IMG/VR virus record: IMGVR_UViG_3300031857_000254
Location: 1 to 53,562 of that record
Direction: 5' to 3' (one strand)
From: a virus
Taxonomy: Duplodnaviria > Caudoviricetes
DNA length: 53,562 nt
The notes beneath the pieces are model-generated. The model saw only the letters and a program-made list of their open reading frames with translations, was not told where the DNA came from and made no database searches. Shown here piece by piece: positions 45,678 to 53,562 of the stretch (the stretch's first letter is position 1; each line of letters begins with the position of its first letter). Both the position numbers and the translations under genes were made by a program.

Positions 45678-45841
45678 TGCGCGGGAAAAAGGAGGTTTGG
45701 GAAAAGCCACGGCCCAAAGGTCTTGGCTCACCCAAACCTTTATCATCTTCTCAGAAGCAAAAAGCTAAAGCCATTGCCAGCAAGTCAGGGAGCAAGTATC
45801 CTTCGCTGGTAGCAAACATGCAGGCGGCGAAGAAAAAATGA
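45677..45841 (+). CDS. Small basic protein, 54 aa (not in ORF track)
   Basis: MRGKKEVWEKPRPK..KAKAIA..YPSLVANMQAAKKK; coupled at both ends. Confidence 0.75.
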   Translation: MRGKKEVWEKPRPKGLGSPKPLSSSQKQKAKAIASKSGSKYPSLVANMQAAKKK

Positions 45842-46521
45842 CCACTAGCGGCACGTACACATTCGGTGACACCGAACAGATCGATATCATCACTGAGGCG
45901 TATGAGCGCGTCGGTCGGCTTCCGTCTACGCTTGCGTCCAATGACATCGATAGTGCGCGCCGCTCCATTAATTACATGTTCTCCGACTGGGCCAACAACG
46001 GCCCAAACCTGTGGGCTGTGGATCTCCAGAGCATCACTCTGACTCCGGGCACACTGTATTACGAACTTGAGCCGCGCACGGTTTCAATCCTTCAGGTGTA
46101 CACGCGCACCACATCTGGTGGCATAAACACTGACCTGATGATGTCGCCGATTAGTCGGGCGGAATACGACGCGATTCCAAACAAGGCGCAGCTTGGCCAG
46201 CGCCCTTTCCAATACTATTTTCAGCGCACCATCACTCCACGCCTGTATATTTGGCAAGCTCCGCAGGATGCTGGCGTTACGCTATTTTATCACCGCATGA
46301 AAATCCAAGAGGATGCCGGTGACTTCACTGATAGCATGGATGCGCCAAACCGTTGGATGGAGGCTATTGCCGCCGGCCTTGCCGCTAAGCTCGCGGTGAA
46401 GTTTGCGCCGGATCGCCTTAGTTTCCTTCAGGGTTTAGCGGATAGTTCATACGAACGCGCCGCAGCCGAAGATCGCGAAAAGGTTCCGCTTCGTATCACC
46501 ATTAATCCTTGGGGCTACTAA
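45838..46521 (+). CDS. Putative head-tail adaptor
   Basis: MTTSGTYTF, IITEAYER.G, ARRSIN..WAN.G.NLW, RP.QYY, GLAAKLA. Confidence 0.7.
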   Translation: MTTSGTYTFGDTEQIDIITEAYERVGRLPSTLASNDIDSARRSINYMFSDWANNGPNLWAVDLQSITLTPGTLYYELEPRTVSILQVYTRTTSGGINTDLMMSPISRAEYDAIPNKAQLGQRPFQYYFQRTITPRLYIWQAPQDAGVTLFYHRMKIQEDAGDFTDSMDAPNRWMEAIAAGLAAKLAVKFAPDRLSFLQGLADSSYERAAAEDREKVPLRITINPWGY

Positions 46522-46871
46522 TGCAGTACGGATTCGGACGCGGTAAAAAACATCGGACGCAACCGAAGTTTGCCGTAAAGTCGCCGCAGGGTCTTGCGAT
46601 ATGTGACGGCTGCGGCTTTATGGTTCAGCACACGGAGCTGCGTCAGAAGCAAGACTATCGTGGTGGCTCAGTGCCTGTTGGCCTTAGCTTGCGCGTTTGC
46701 GCCTCTTGCGATGATGTACCGCAGCCATATTTTGGCCGCTTACTTCTACGAGCCGATCCTATACCACTGCAAAATCCTCGTCCAGATTCACAGGACGCAC
46801 AAACGAATGCGCAAGAAGCGGCTGCCAATGCAGTTTCTTTATATCTCAACCAGCTTTATGGATTATCATAA
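46521..46871 (+). CDS. Small CxxC..CxxC zinc-binding protein
   Basis: AICDGCGF..LRVCASC..QP..DP..L.NPRPD. Confidence 0.75.
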   Translation: MQYGFGRGKKHRTQPKFAVKSPQGLAICDGCGFMVQHTELRQKQDYRGGSVPVGLSLRVCASCDDVPQPYFGRLLLRADPIPLQNPRPDSQDAQTNAQEAAANAVSLYLNQLYGLS

Positions 46872-47581
46872 TGGCAAATAAAAAAATCACAGACCTCACG
46901 GCGGCCACAACTCCACTCAGCGGCAACGAGCTGCTGGAAGTCGTGCAATCTGGCAGCAGTGCTAAGGCAACCGCTACATCGATTGCGAACACGTTCAGTA
47001 GCACACTGGGCGTCGCCAATGGCGGCACCGGGGCAACCACCCTCACGGGATATGTAAAGGGCAGCGGAACATCAGCAATGACGGCGGCTGCGACAATCCC
47101 TTATGCGGATGTGGCTGGCCGGGCTTACATTTCTGCGTATGATAGCACAGATCAAACTGGCAGCGTTTCGGCTGCCACTGCGATAAAACTTGCATCAACG
47201 TCTTTCAGCTCAGGCATAACCATTGCGAATAACGGAAGCGGAGATCCAACGCGGATTACATTTGCTGTCGCCGGCACATACGCAATAATGCCAAGCCTAC
47301 AGTTCGCCAACTCTGATGCAAATGATCACGAAGTTAATATCTGGTTCCGTAGAAACGGCACTGATATAGCTAACTCAAATACGGTAATCAGCGTTCCAAA
47401 GGCAGCTGATGGCGGTAATACATTCTTCCAGATTGCCCTGTACGAACAGGTGACTGCCGGCCAATACATTGAGGTTATGTGGCTGCCTGTGAACACGAGC
47501 GTCACGCTTGATTACATTGCCGCTGGGGCAATTGCTCCCGCAGCGCCCTCCGTCATTATCTCGTCTGAGCGAATCGCATAA
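46871..47581 (+). CDS. Fibre/appendage protein
   Basis: MANKKITDL N-terminal motif; VANGGTGA repeat; C-terminal beta-sandwich (AGTY..W.R.NG). Confidence 0.7.
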   Translation: MANKKITDLTAATTPLSGNELLEVVQSGSSAKATATSIANTFSSTLGVANGGTGATTLTGYVKGSGTSAMTAAATIPYADVAGRAYISAYDSTDQTGSVSAATAIKLASTSFSSGITIANNGSGDPTRITFAVAGTYAIMPSLQFANSDANDHEVNIWFRRNGTDIANSNTVISVPKAADGGNTFFQIALYEQVTAGQYIEVMWLPVNTSVTLDYIAAGAIAPAAPSVIISSERIA

Positions 47582-47943
47582 TGATTGAGCAGCTCATCTC
47601 TCGCGTATTTTACGCCCGCAACCTCGCTCACTTTGCGCACTGGCGCGCCAAGGGTGATGGTAGCTATGCCAAGCACAAGGCACTGGGGAAGTTTTACGAT
47701 GGCGTAATCGATGCGATTGATCCGTTGGTCGAGGCTTACCAAGGCGCATATGAGCTGATCGGCGCTATTCCAGTTCCCGGTGAAATGGAGAAGGATATTC
47801 TGAAGTGCCTTGAATCCGATGCTGCTTGGATTGAGGCCAACCATGAGAAGATCTGCAAGGGCAACCGAGCCGTTGCGAATCTGATTGACACGCTGACCGC
47901 CGTATATCTCTCTGCAATCTATAAGCTGCGGAACCTCAGATGA
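47581..47943 (+). CDS. Dps/ferritin-like four-helix protein (DUF5856-like)
   Basis: HFAHW..YAKHKAL..FYD..D.LVEAYQG..YKL. Confidence 0.75.
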   Translation: MIEQLISRVFYARNLAHFAHWRAKGDGSYAKHKALGKFYDGVIDAIDPLVEAYQGAYELIGAIPVPGEMEKDILKCLESDAAWIEANHEKICKGNRAVANLIDTLTAVYLSAIYKLRNLR

Positions 47944-48170
47944 TGGATACCGGCACCCTCTTTACCATTCTCGGCTTCGTCATCACCGCCTTGAGCTTTA
48001 TAGGGGCTTTGATAACCGTCTGGGTTAATCTTACCAATAAGCTGACGCTGCTTGAGGCGCGTCTCGGCTTTGGCGACGAGAAATTCAACGCCATCGATAA
48101 AAAGTTTGACGAGGTAATGATGCACCTCCGACGCATTGAGGATAAACTGGACAACAAGGCGGATCGGTGA
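47940..48170 (+). CDS. Small membrane protein with coiled coil (holin-like)
   Basis: One TM helix then RIEDKLDNKAD. Confidence 0.6.
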   Translation: MMDTGTLFTILGFVITALSFIGALITVWVNLTNKLTLLEARLGFGDEKFNAIDKKFDEVMMHLRRIEDKLDNKADR

Positions 48171-49195
48171 TGAATAAAAGGTATTGGGTTCTTGTGTCTC
48201 TCGGCTGGTGTAGCATGGCGCTTGCGCAGACCGCTCCGGTGTCTGTGGCCCCGACCGAATACGTCTACACCACGACAACAACCAGCACATCGGACAACAA
48301 CAATACGTCCACCAGCACGAATACGAACAACAACAACAACAATTCGACCAGCACATCGACGAACACGAATAACAATAACAGCACGTCTGCCAGCACGTCG
48401 GTAAACACCAATACGAACTTCAACACCAGCGAAAGCACTAGCACGTCGGTCAACACGAACAACAACGTGAATGCCAGCACGAGCACGTCGCTGAACACGA
48501 ACAACAATAACAACGTCAGTTCGTCAACCAACACCAACATAAATCAGAACACTGGGACGATGACCAACATCAACCAGAATACGAACATAAATTCTGGCAC
48601 GATGACGAACATTAACCAGAACACCAACGCCAGCACATCCGAAAATACGAACCGCAATTTTAATACGGATGTCAGCAACAGCACCGTAAATCAGACGGTC
48701 AACAGCACCGTCAACACGAACAACACGAACAACGACACCAGCACGATTAACCAAACGACAAGCAGCGATAACCGCAACGTTAATCAGAACAACAACGTCA
48801 ACGTCTCCGACAGCAAAAGCTACAGCGAGAGCGTTAATCGTCAGGTTATCGACCAGAATATTAAGTCGCCACCGCCCAGCGCCATCGCGCCGTCGATGAT
48901 GTCCTACAGCCAAGACCTTTGCACCACCGGCCAGTCTGGCGCAGTGCAGACGCAGATTATTGGCCTCTCGGCAGGCCGCACCGTGCGTGATCAGAACTGC
49001 GAGCGGATGAAGCTGTCGAAGACCCTGTACGACATGGGTATGCGCGTCGCCGCCGTGAGCCTCCTGTGCCAAGACCCCCGCGTATTCGGCGCGATGGAGA
49101 TGGCTGGCACGCCCTGCCCCTTCATGGGTTTGATTGGCGAGGAAGCCCGCGCCGCGTGGACCGAGAACGTCGAGCTTCGCCCTGTCGAGGACTAA
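48167..49195 (+). CDS. Secreted Asn/Thr/Ser-repeat protein with Cys-containing C-terminal domain
   Basis: Signal peptide ending ALA-Q; about 190 aa N/T/S repeats; PPPSAIAP..C..NCER..LCQD..GTPCP. Confidence 0.8.
   Translation: MMNKRYWVLVSLGWCSMALAQTAPVSVAPTEYVYTTTTTSTSDNNNTSTSTNTNNNNNNSTSTSTNTNNNNSTSASTSVNTNTNFNTSESTSTSVNTNNNVNASTSTSLNTNNNNNVSSSTNTNINQNTGTMTNINQNTNINSGTMTNINQNTNASTSENTNRNFNTDVSNSTVNQTVNSTVNTNNTNNDTSTINQTTSSDNRNVNQNNNVNVSDSKSYSESVNRQVIDQNIKSPPPSAIAPSMMSYSQDLCTTGQSGAVQTQIIGLSAGRTVRDQNCERMKLSKTLYDMGMRVAAVSLLCQDPRVFGAMEMAGTPCPFMGLIGEEARAAWTENVELRPVED
48268..48830 (+). repeat. Low-complexity coding repeat (aac/acg/agc codons)
   Basis: STSTNTNNNN-like units; duplicated GTMTNINQNTN. 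Confidence 0.85.
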
Positions 49196-50858
49196 GACAT
49201 ACGTCTTGCAGGCGGCTCTCCTGCTGACTTGCGCGACGCCTCTGTGTGCGCAGACCTATGAGCCTGCCTTAATCCCCCCGCAAATAAACGGCGCGCCCAC
49301 CACAATGACGCCTCTCAATCTGGGCGATGACGGCACGCGGAACGTATCTCTTGGCTTTGAGTTTGAATACTGGGGCCAGACGTTCACCAATGCGTGGGTG
49401 TCGTCCAATGGCTTTGTGTCGTTCCAGAGTGGCGCGCATCTGTGCTGCAACGGCCAGCCCATAGAACTGGCGCAGCGCAACACAATATACGCCTATTGGT
49501 CTGACCTGATTAGCTACACCGGTAATCCATATTATCGCCGCGATGATGGCTCGATCCTCTTCGGCTGGTACGGCGTGAACGAGTACGGCACGAACAACAG
49601 CAGCACCTTCGAGATCGGCCTCTTTGCTGACGGCAAGATACAACTGAACTTCGGCAGTCTGGGTTTCTCCGGTCGGCGTGACTTTACCGCAGGCATCACC
49701 GGCCCAACTGCGGATGACAACATACCGCTTTTCTACGGTCGCAACGCGCAGTTCCTACAGAACCAGTCTGGCATCCTGTCGTGGATTGCGCCGGAACCGG
49801 ATGTCGTGGCAATCGACTGCAACGCAACGCCCATGCACCCAAGCTGCCCACCAGCATCAATAGCCATTGATGTCGGCGCACCTGACCCAACTGAGAGTGC
49901 GCTCGAAGCTGCCGTGGCTTCCGTCGAGCAGGCGGCGATGGAAGAAACGCAGCAAGAAGTGCTGGTTGAAGATATTGCTGACATCGAACAGGTGCTTGAA
50001 ACCGCGCAAGAGGCATTGGAAACAGCAGACACGTCTGTTGAAGCCGAAACGGACGAGCCTGTCGCGGACGAGGAGCCTGCCGGTGAGGACGCCCTTGAGG
50101 AATTGATTTCGGAGCGGGATTTAGAAGATACCGGCTCCAATGCAGAGCGACTGTCGCCGGACGAATTGGCGGCGCTGGCAGCGCAGGGCCCAGAGGATGC
50201 TACCGCTGACGAAACGGAAGCACTGGCGCCATTGGAGCTGGATGGCACAGAGAACGCCGTAGGGGGCCAAGACGCATCGTCAGGCGCGTTGGAGCAGGAA
50301 GTATCCAATCAGCTTGCTACGGCGCTGGAAGAAAGCGGACAGGGTATGCAATCCGCATTCTTTGAAGAAGCAGCGGAAGTAAGCCAAGCATCGGCGTTTG
50401 AAAGCGGGTCGCAATCGTCGCAAAGTTTCGGCAGTTTTCAAATGCGCGTTGATTTCGGGTCAAGCACTTCGGTTAGCAGCGGGATTGGTTCTGGCGTCGG
50501 ATCATCACCACTGGACGCTGCTGTCTCGGCAAGCAGTCCCATGTCGATGTCCACCACATTCGAGATACTGAACAATGTCGGCGGTCAAAGCAGCGCAGCG
50601 CCCGTTACAGCAACCGCGTCATCTGAAAAATCAGAAAGCGAAATGGCAGAAGGTCAGAGCGAAACTATTTCTGAGATGGGGTCCGTACCGGGCTTCGCTG
50701 CGTACACTCAGGCGTCCTTGCAAGATAGGGCTGACTTTTACGCAATACGTGATATATACCGCAGACGTGTGCTGCAGGACGCAAACTTTGAATTGTATCG
50801 CATGATGCAGACGAACGATGCCCGTTGGCAGGAGATGGTAGATGAGCAGTACAGATGA
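49134..50858 (+). CDS. Secreted protein with nidogen (NIDO)-like domain and acidic tail (start uncertain)
   Basis: Signal-like AALLLTCATPLCA-Q; DD..VSLGFEFEYWGQTF..WVSSNGFVSF..IYAYWSDL..TFEIGL..G.I. Confidence 0.7.
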   Translation: MARKPAPRGPRTSSFALSRTKTYVLQAALLLTCATPLCAQTYEPALIPPQINGAPTTMTPLNLGDDGTRNVSLGFEFEYWGQTFTNAWVSSNGFVSFQSGAHLCCNGQPIELAQRNTIYAYWSDLISYTGNPYYRRDDGSILFGWYGVNEYGTNNSSTFEIGLFADGKIQLNFGSLGFSGRRDFTAGITGPTADDNIPLFYGRNAQFLQNQSGILSWIAPEPDVVAIDCNATPMHPSCPPASIAIDVGAPDPTESALEAAVASVEQAAMEETQQEVLVEDIADIEQVLETAQEALETADTSVEAETDEPVADEEPAGEDALEELISERDLEDTGSNAERLSPDELAALAAQGPEDATADETEALAPLELDGTENAVGGQDASSGALEQEVSNQLATALEESGQGMQSAFFEEAAEVSQASAFESGSQSSQSFGSFQMRVDFGSSTSVSSGIGSGVGSSPLDAAVSASSPMSMSTTFEILNNVGGQSSAAPVTATASSEKSESEMAEGQSETISEMGSVPGFAAYTQASLQDRADFYAIRDIYRRRVLQDANFELYRMMQTNDARWQEMVDEQYR

Positions 50859-51363
50859 GGAACCCAAGGTCTCTTTCGACGAGAGCGGCTTTAGCTTTAA
50901 CATTGGTGGTCTGAGCAGCGGCAAGATTGCTATCATCTTTGCTGCATTCTCAACAATCCTTGGTGGTCTATGGGCTGGCTTCCAAGTGTATCAGCAGTTC
51001 TTGACCATGCAGGAAGTTACGGCTGCGTATGTGCCGCCAGACCTTTCTGGTATTGAAGGTCGCATTTCTGTGCTTGACGAGCGCGTCACGAGTGTAGAGC
51101 GCCTGACTAAGATTAACAGCGAAGCTCTAAACTACATGACTGGTTCAATCTCTAGCAGTGTCAGCGGCACGCGACAGACGGTTGACGCGGTGTCAAGTAG
51201 CGTTAGAAACAGCGATGCACAGAATATGGCAATGCAGCGAGCCATCATAGATCAGCTGCGCGAGCAGGATAAGGAACAGCAGCGCCGGATCAAGGAACTG
51301 GAGACTGAAACTACTGCACGTATTCAAAAGACGCTGGCGAACCCGCTGGCCGGAAAGGAATGA
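50842..51363 (+). CDS. Membrane-anchored coiled-coil protein
   Basis: TM IAIIFAAFSTILGGLWAGF; long heptad region; ends LANPLAG. Confidence 0.75.
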   Translation: MSSTDEEPKVSFDESGFSFNIGGLSSGKIAIIFAAFSTILGGLWAGFQVYQQFLTMQEVTAAYVPPDLSGIEGRISVLDERVTSVERLTKINSEALNYMTGSISSSVSGTRQTVDAVSSSVRNSDAQNMAMQRAIIDQLREQDKEQQRRIKELETETTARIQKTLANPLAGKE

Positions 51364-51869
51364 ACATGGAAGATAAACTAATGGATGCCCGCATCAAGGC
51401 GCTCCTTATGGCTGCGCGCACGATGGCGTTTGTCATCTGCACGATCACCATCGCCATGATTGCCGGCCTATTCGTATCGAACGAGATCATCGACAACAAG
51501 GATGTCTTCGGCCTCCTTAGCTACGTAATGACCTCCGTCGTCGGCGCTGTTGCTGGCTCCTACGCCACGCTGATGGGCATGAAGGGCGAACTGGTCCCGC
51601 CACCGCCAGAAGACCGCGATGATCCTGAGCCGGAGCCTGTGGCCCCTGTAGCGCCTGAACCAGACCCGCTACCCCTTACACCTGAAATGGTTGCGCCAAA
51701 AGCGTATGACGACCCGCAGGCCACTGTCTTTATCGACACACCTGAAGACGATGATGATGACGATATGGAGCCTTGGGAGAAGTACCGCAACGATATGCGT
51801 TATGACGCCAATGGCGACGGCGTTGTTGATGAACTTGATTTCCCTGATTGGCGGAGTGCTGGCAAATGA
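51360..51869 (+). CDS. Two-TM membrane protein with C-terminal EF-hand-like loop
   Basis: Two hydrophobic helices; Pro/acidic linker; DANGDGVVDELD. Confidence 0.75.
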   Translation: MNMEDKLMDARIKALLMAARTMAFVICTITIAMIAGLFVSNEIIDNKDVFGLLSYVMTSVVGAVAGSYATLMGMKGELVPPPPEDRDDPEPEPVAPVAPEPDPLPLTPEMVAPKAYDDPQATVFIDTPEDDDDDDMEPWEKYRNDMRYDANGDGVVDELDFPDWRSAGK

Positions 51870-52480
51870 GCATGATTGAACTTCAGAAGAAGATTGGGGT
51901 AACGGCAGATGGTGCGTTCGGTCCGGGTACACTTAAGGCGGCTGCGGCTTACTATAAACTATCACCTAATCGGGCTGCACATTTCTTTGCTCAGTGCGCG
52001 CATGAGTCGGGCAACTTCAAAGCGTTCAGCGAGAACCTCAACTACGGAGCCAAAGGGCTGCGCGGAATCTTTGGAAAGTATTTCCCGACTGACGCAATGG
52101 CCCGTGCCTACGAGCGTCAGCCAGCCAAGATCGCCAACCGTGTCTATGCCAACCGCATGGGCAATGGCGACGAAGCGTCAGGCGAAGGTTTCGCATACAA
52201 AGGCCGAGGCCCGCTCCAACTCACCGGGAAAAACAACTACCGCGCATTCGGCAAGTACATTGGTCGTGAACAGGAAATTTTGGACAATCCAGATCTCGTG
52301 GCTACTGAACTGGGCTTCGAAAGCGCCTTGTGGTTCTTTGACGCAAACAAGCTGTGGTCCATCTGCGATCAGGGCATCAACGACGCTGCGATCCTCGCAC
52401 TGACGAAGCGGATCAACGGGGGCACACATGGCCTTGATGACCGCAAACAGAAAACCAAGAAATATGCTGCTTGGTTGTAA
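51866..52480 (+). CDS. Endolysin, glycoside hydrolase family 19 with N-terminal peptidoglycan-binding motif
   Basis: LQ..G..ADG.FG.GT; AHFFAQCAHESG; YKGRGPLQLTGKNNY; TKRINGG..GLDDR. Confidence 0.93.
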   Translation: MSMIELQKKIGVTADGAFGPGTLKAAAAYYKLSPNRAAHFFAQCAHESGNFKAFSENLNYGAKGLRGIFGKYFPTDAMARAYERQPAKIANRVYANRMGNGDEASGEGFAYKGRGPLQLTGKNNYRAFGKYIGREQEILDNPDLVATELGFESALWFFDANKLWSICDQGINDAAILALTKRINGGTHGLDDRKQKTKKYAAWL

Positions 52481-52485
52481 GGAGA

Positions 52486-52686
52486 ATGACTATGGTTAAT
52501 CTGAAGAAACTTATCCGTAAGGAGGCCGAGAAGGCAATCGTCAACAAAACTGTTGGCAAAATCCTGCCTATGGAAGATGCTCCAAAACTGACGCTGATGG
52601 CTAAATTGATGAACGCCAAGGGTAAGCTGGCAGTCGCAATTGCTGCTATTACAGCTTTGATTGCAGCCGTCACTGAATTGATGTAA
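52486..52686 (+). CDS. Small membrane protein (lysis-associated)
   Basis: AAGGAG RBS; basic N-terminus, C-terminal hydrophobic helix. Confidence 0.6.
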   Translation: MTMVNLKKLIRKEAEKAIVNKTVGKILPMEDAPKLTLMAKLMNAKGKLAVAIAAITALIAAVTELM

Positions 52687-52695
52687 GGCTATCCC

Positions 52696-53349
52696 ATGCC
52701 AACCGCGATGACGTATAACAGTTTGCTCAACGACCTCAGGGCCTACCTTGAGCGCGGAGCTACGCTGGCGACTGACCCCACTGTTTACGAAATGCTCCCG
52801 ACGCTTATCGGCATGGCTGAGCGTCGTCTTGCGCGTGAGCTGAAGATCCAAGGGACTGTTAACGTCGTCACTACCGCCCTCATCGCAGGGCAGTCGGTAT
52901 ATGATAAACCGGACCGCTGGCGCGAAACCGTCAGTATTTTCGTTGGCACGGGGACGGGCAATAACACCCGCAGTGAAGTCTATCCCCGCGCCTATGAATA
53001 TATCCGGAGCTATTGGCCGAATCCAACGACAACAGGAACGCCACGCTTTTACGCCGACTATGACTATTCGCATTGGCTGATTGCTCCTACACCATCCAGC
53101 GCGCTGCCGATGGAGATTTTGTATTACGAGATTCCGCCACTGCTCGATGATTCAAATCAGACCAACTGGTTTACTGAGTACGCGCCAAATGCGTTACTCT
53201 ACGCAGCTCTTCTTGAGGCAACTCCGTTCCTGAAAAACGACGAACGTATTGCAACTTGGGAAGGATTCTATAATCGTGCTGTCGCGGCTCTCAACGGCGA
53301 AGACATTCGCCAAATTTCTGATCGTGGCATAATTCGCAGGGAAGATTGA
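52696..53349 (+). CDS. Second adaptor/tail tubular-A-like protein
   Basis: MTYNSL..YLER, I..AE.RLAR.L, G.PRFYA, APTP, NW....P.ALLYA.L.EA..FLK. Confidence 0.7.
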   Translation: MPTAMTYNSLLNDLRAYLERGATLATDPTVYEMLPTLIGMAERRLARELKIQGTVNVVTTALIAGQSVYDKPDRWRETVSIFVGTGTGNNTRSEVYPRAYEYIRSYWPNPTTTGTPRFYADYDYSHWLIAPTPSSALPMEILYYEIPPLLDDSNQTNWFTEYAPNALLYAALLEATPFLKNDERIATWEGFYNRAVAALNGEDIRQISDRGIIRRED

Positions 53350-53350
53350 T

Positions 53351-53562
53351 ATGGCGTTTACTGAAACATTTGGCGGCACGACCATTTATCCGTCCGATGT
53401 CAGCTATCGGGCTATCAGCCTGTCTGCGAATCAGGAGCTTTCTTGGCCGCTTGAAGTCGCAACCAGCGGCAATGTCGTTGCCCAGATCATGGATGTTACG
53501 CCCAGTGCGAGTGGCTTCACTATCACTATGCCGCCTGCCAATGAAGCAAGCCCCGGTGAGAC
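53351..53562 (+). CDS. Tail protein, truncated by window end
   Basis: MAFTETFGGTTIYPSDVSY.. open to the end of the window. Confidence 0.65.
   Translation, partial: MAFTETFGGTTIYPSDVSYRAISLSANQELSWPLEVATSGNVVAQIMDVTPSASGFTITMPPANEASPGE

Larger units (their letters stand above)
1..53562. mobile_element. Near-complete tailed phage genome (podovirus-like, circularly permuted; gap lies in the tail-fibre region)
   Basis: Terminase, portal, capsid, adaptors, ejection proteins, endolysin and replication module all present; no host housekeeping genes; both ends fall in tail genes. Confidence 0.95.

Noticed and set aside
1-53562. tRNA genes, diversity-generating retroelement, introns/inteins, integrase, DNA or RNA polymerase
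   Set aside because: No cloverleaf, reverse transcriptase, splicing, recombinase or polymerase motifs recognised by eye; tRNAscan and HMM searches would be needed to exclude them fully

Overview
The window is nearly the whole, circularly permuted genome of a tailed dsDNA bacteriophage with a podovirus-like (P22/BPP-1-style) gene set. It opens in the last codons of a probable tail-fibre gene and ends inside another tail gene. Plus strand 1-18.3 kb: tail/DNA-stabilisation gene, two HNH homing endonucleases and five large ejection/internal proteins, including a polyvalent protein with ParB-like and zincin domains. Minus strand 18.3-33.9 kb: recombination and replication genes (SSB-like, RecT, YqaJ exonuclease, VRR-NUC, SF2 helicase, split primase-helicase) and many small early genes, interrupted at 31.7-32.3 kb by an iteron-rich, AT-cored putative origin where GC skew appears to flip. 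Plus strand 34.3-53.6 kb: terminase, portal, GroES-like co-chaperonin, scaffold, capsid, adaptors, a Dps-like protein, a secreted/membrane gene module and a GH19 endolysin. I saw no integrase, DNA or RNA polymerase, tRNA or CRISPR array. Most interesting observations: (1) an array of TonB-box-like motifs beside a hydrophobic segment in an ejection protein; (2) three tandem hairpins with an identical loop and different stems in the capsid-operon leader; (3) a shared [FYMK]-x-x-G-G motif linking a portal-adjacent protein to ejection proteins; (4) a shared MR[AG]KK N-terminus on three small basic proteins; (5) a secreted Asn/Thr amyloid-like plus NIDO-like module upstream of the endolysin. All family assignments come from motif recognition by eye, not database searches.
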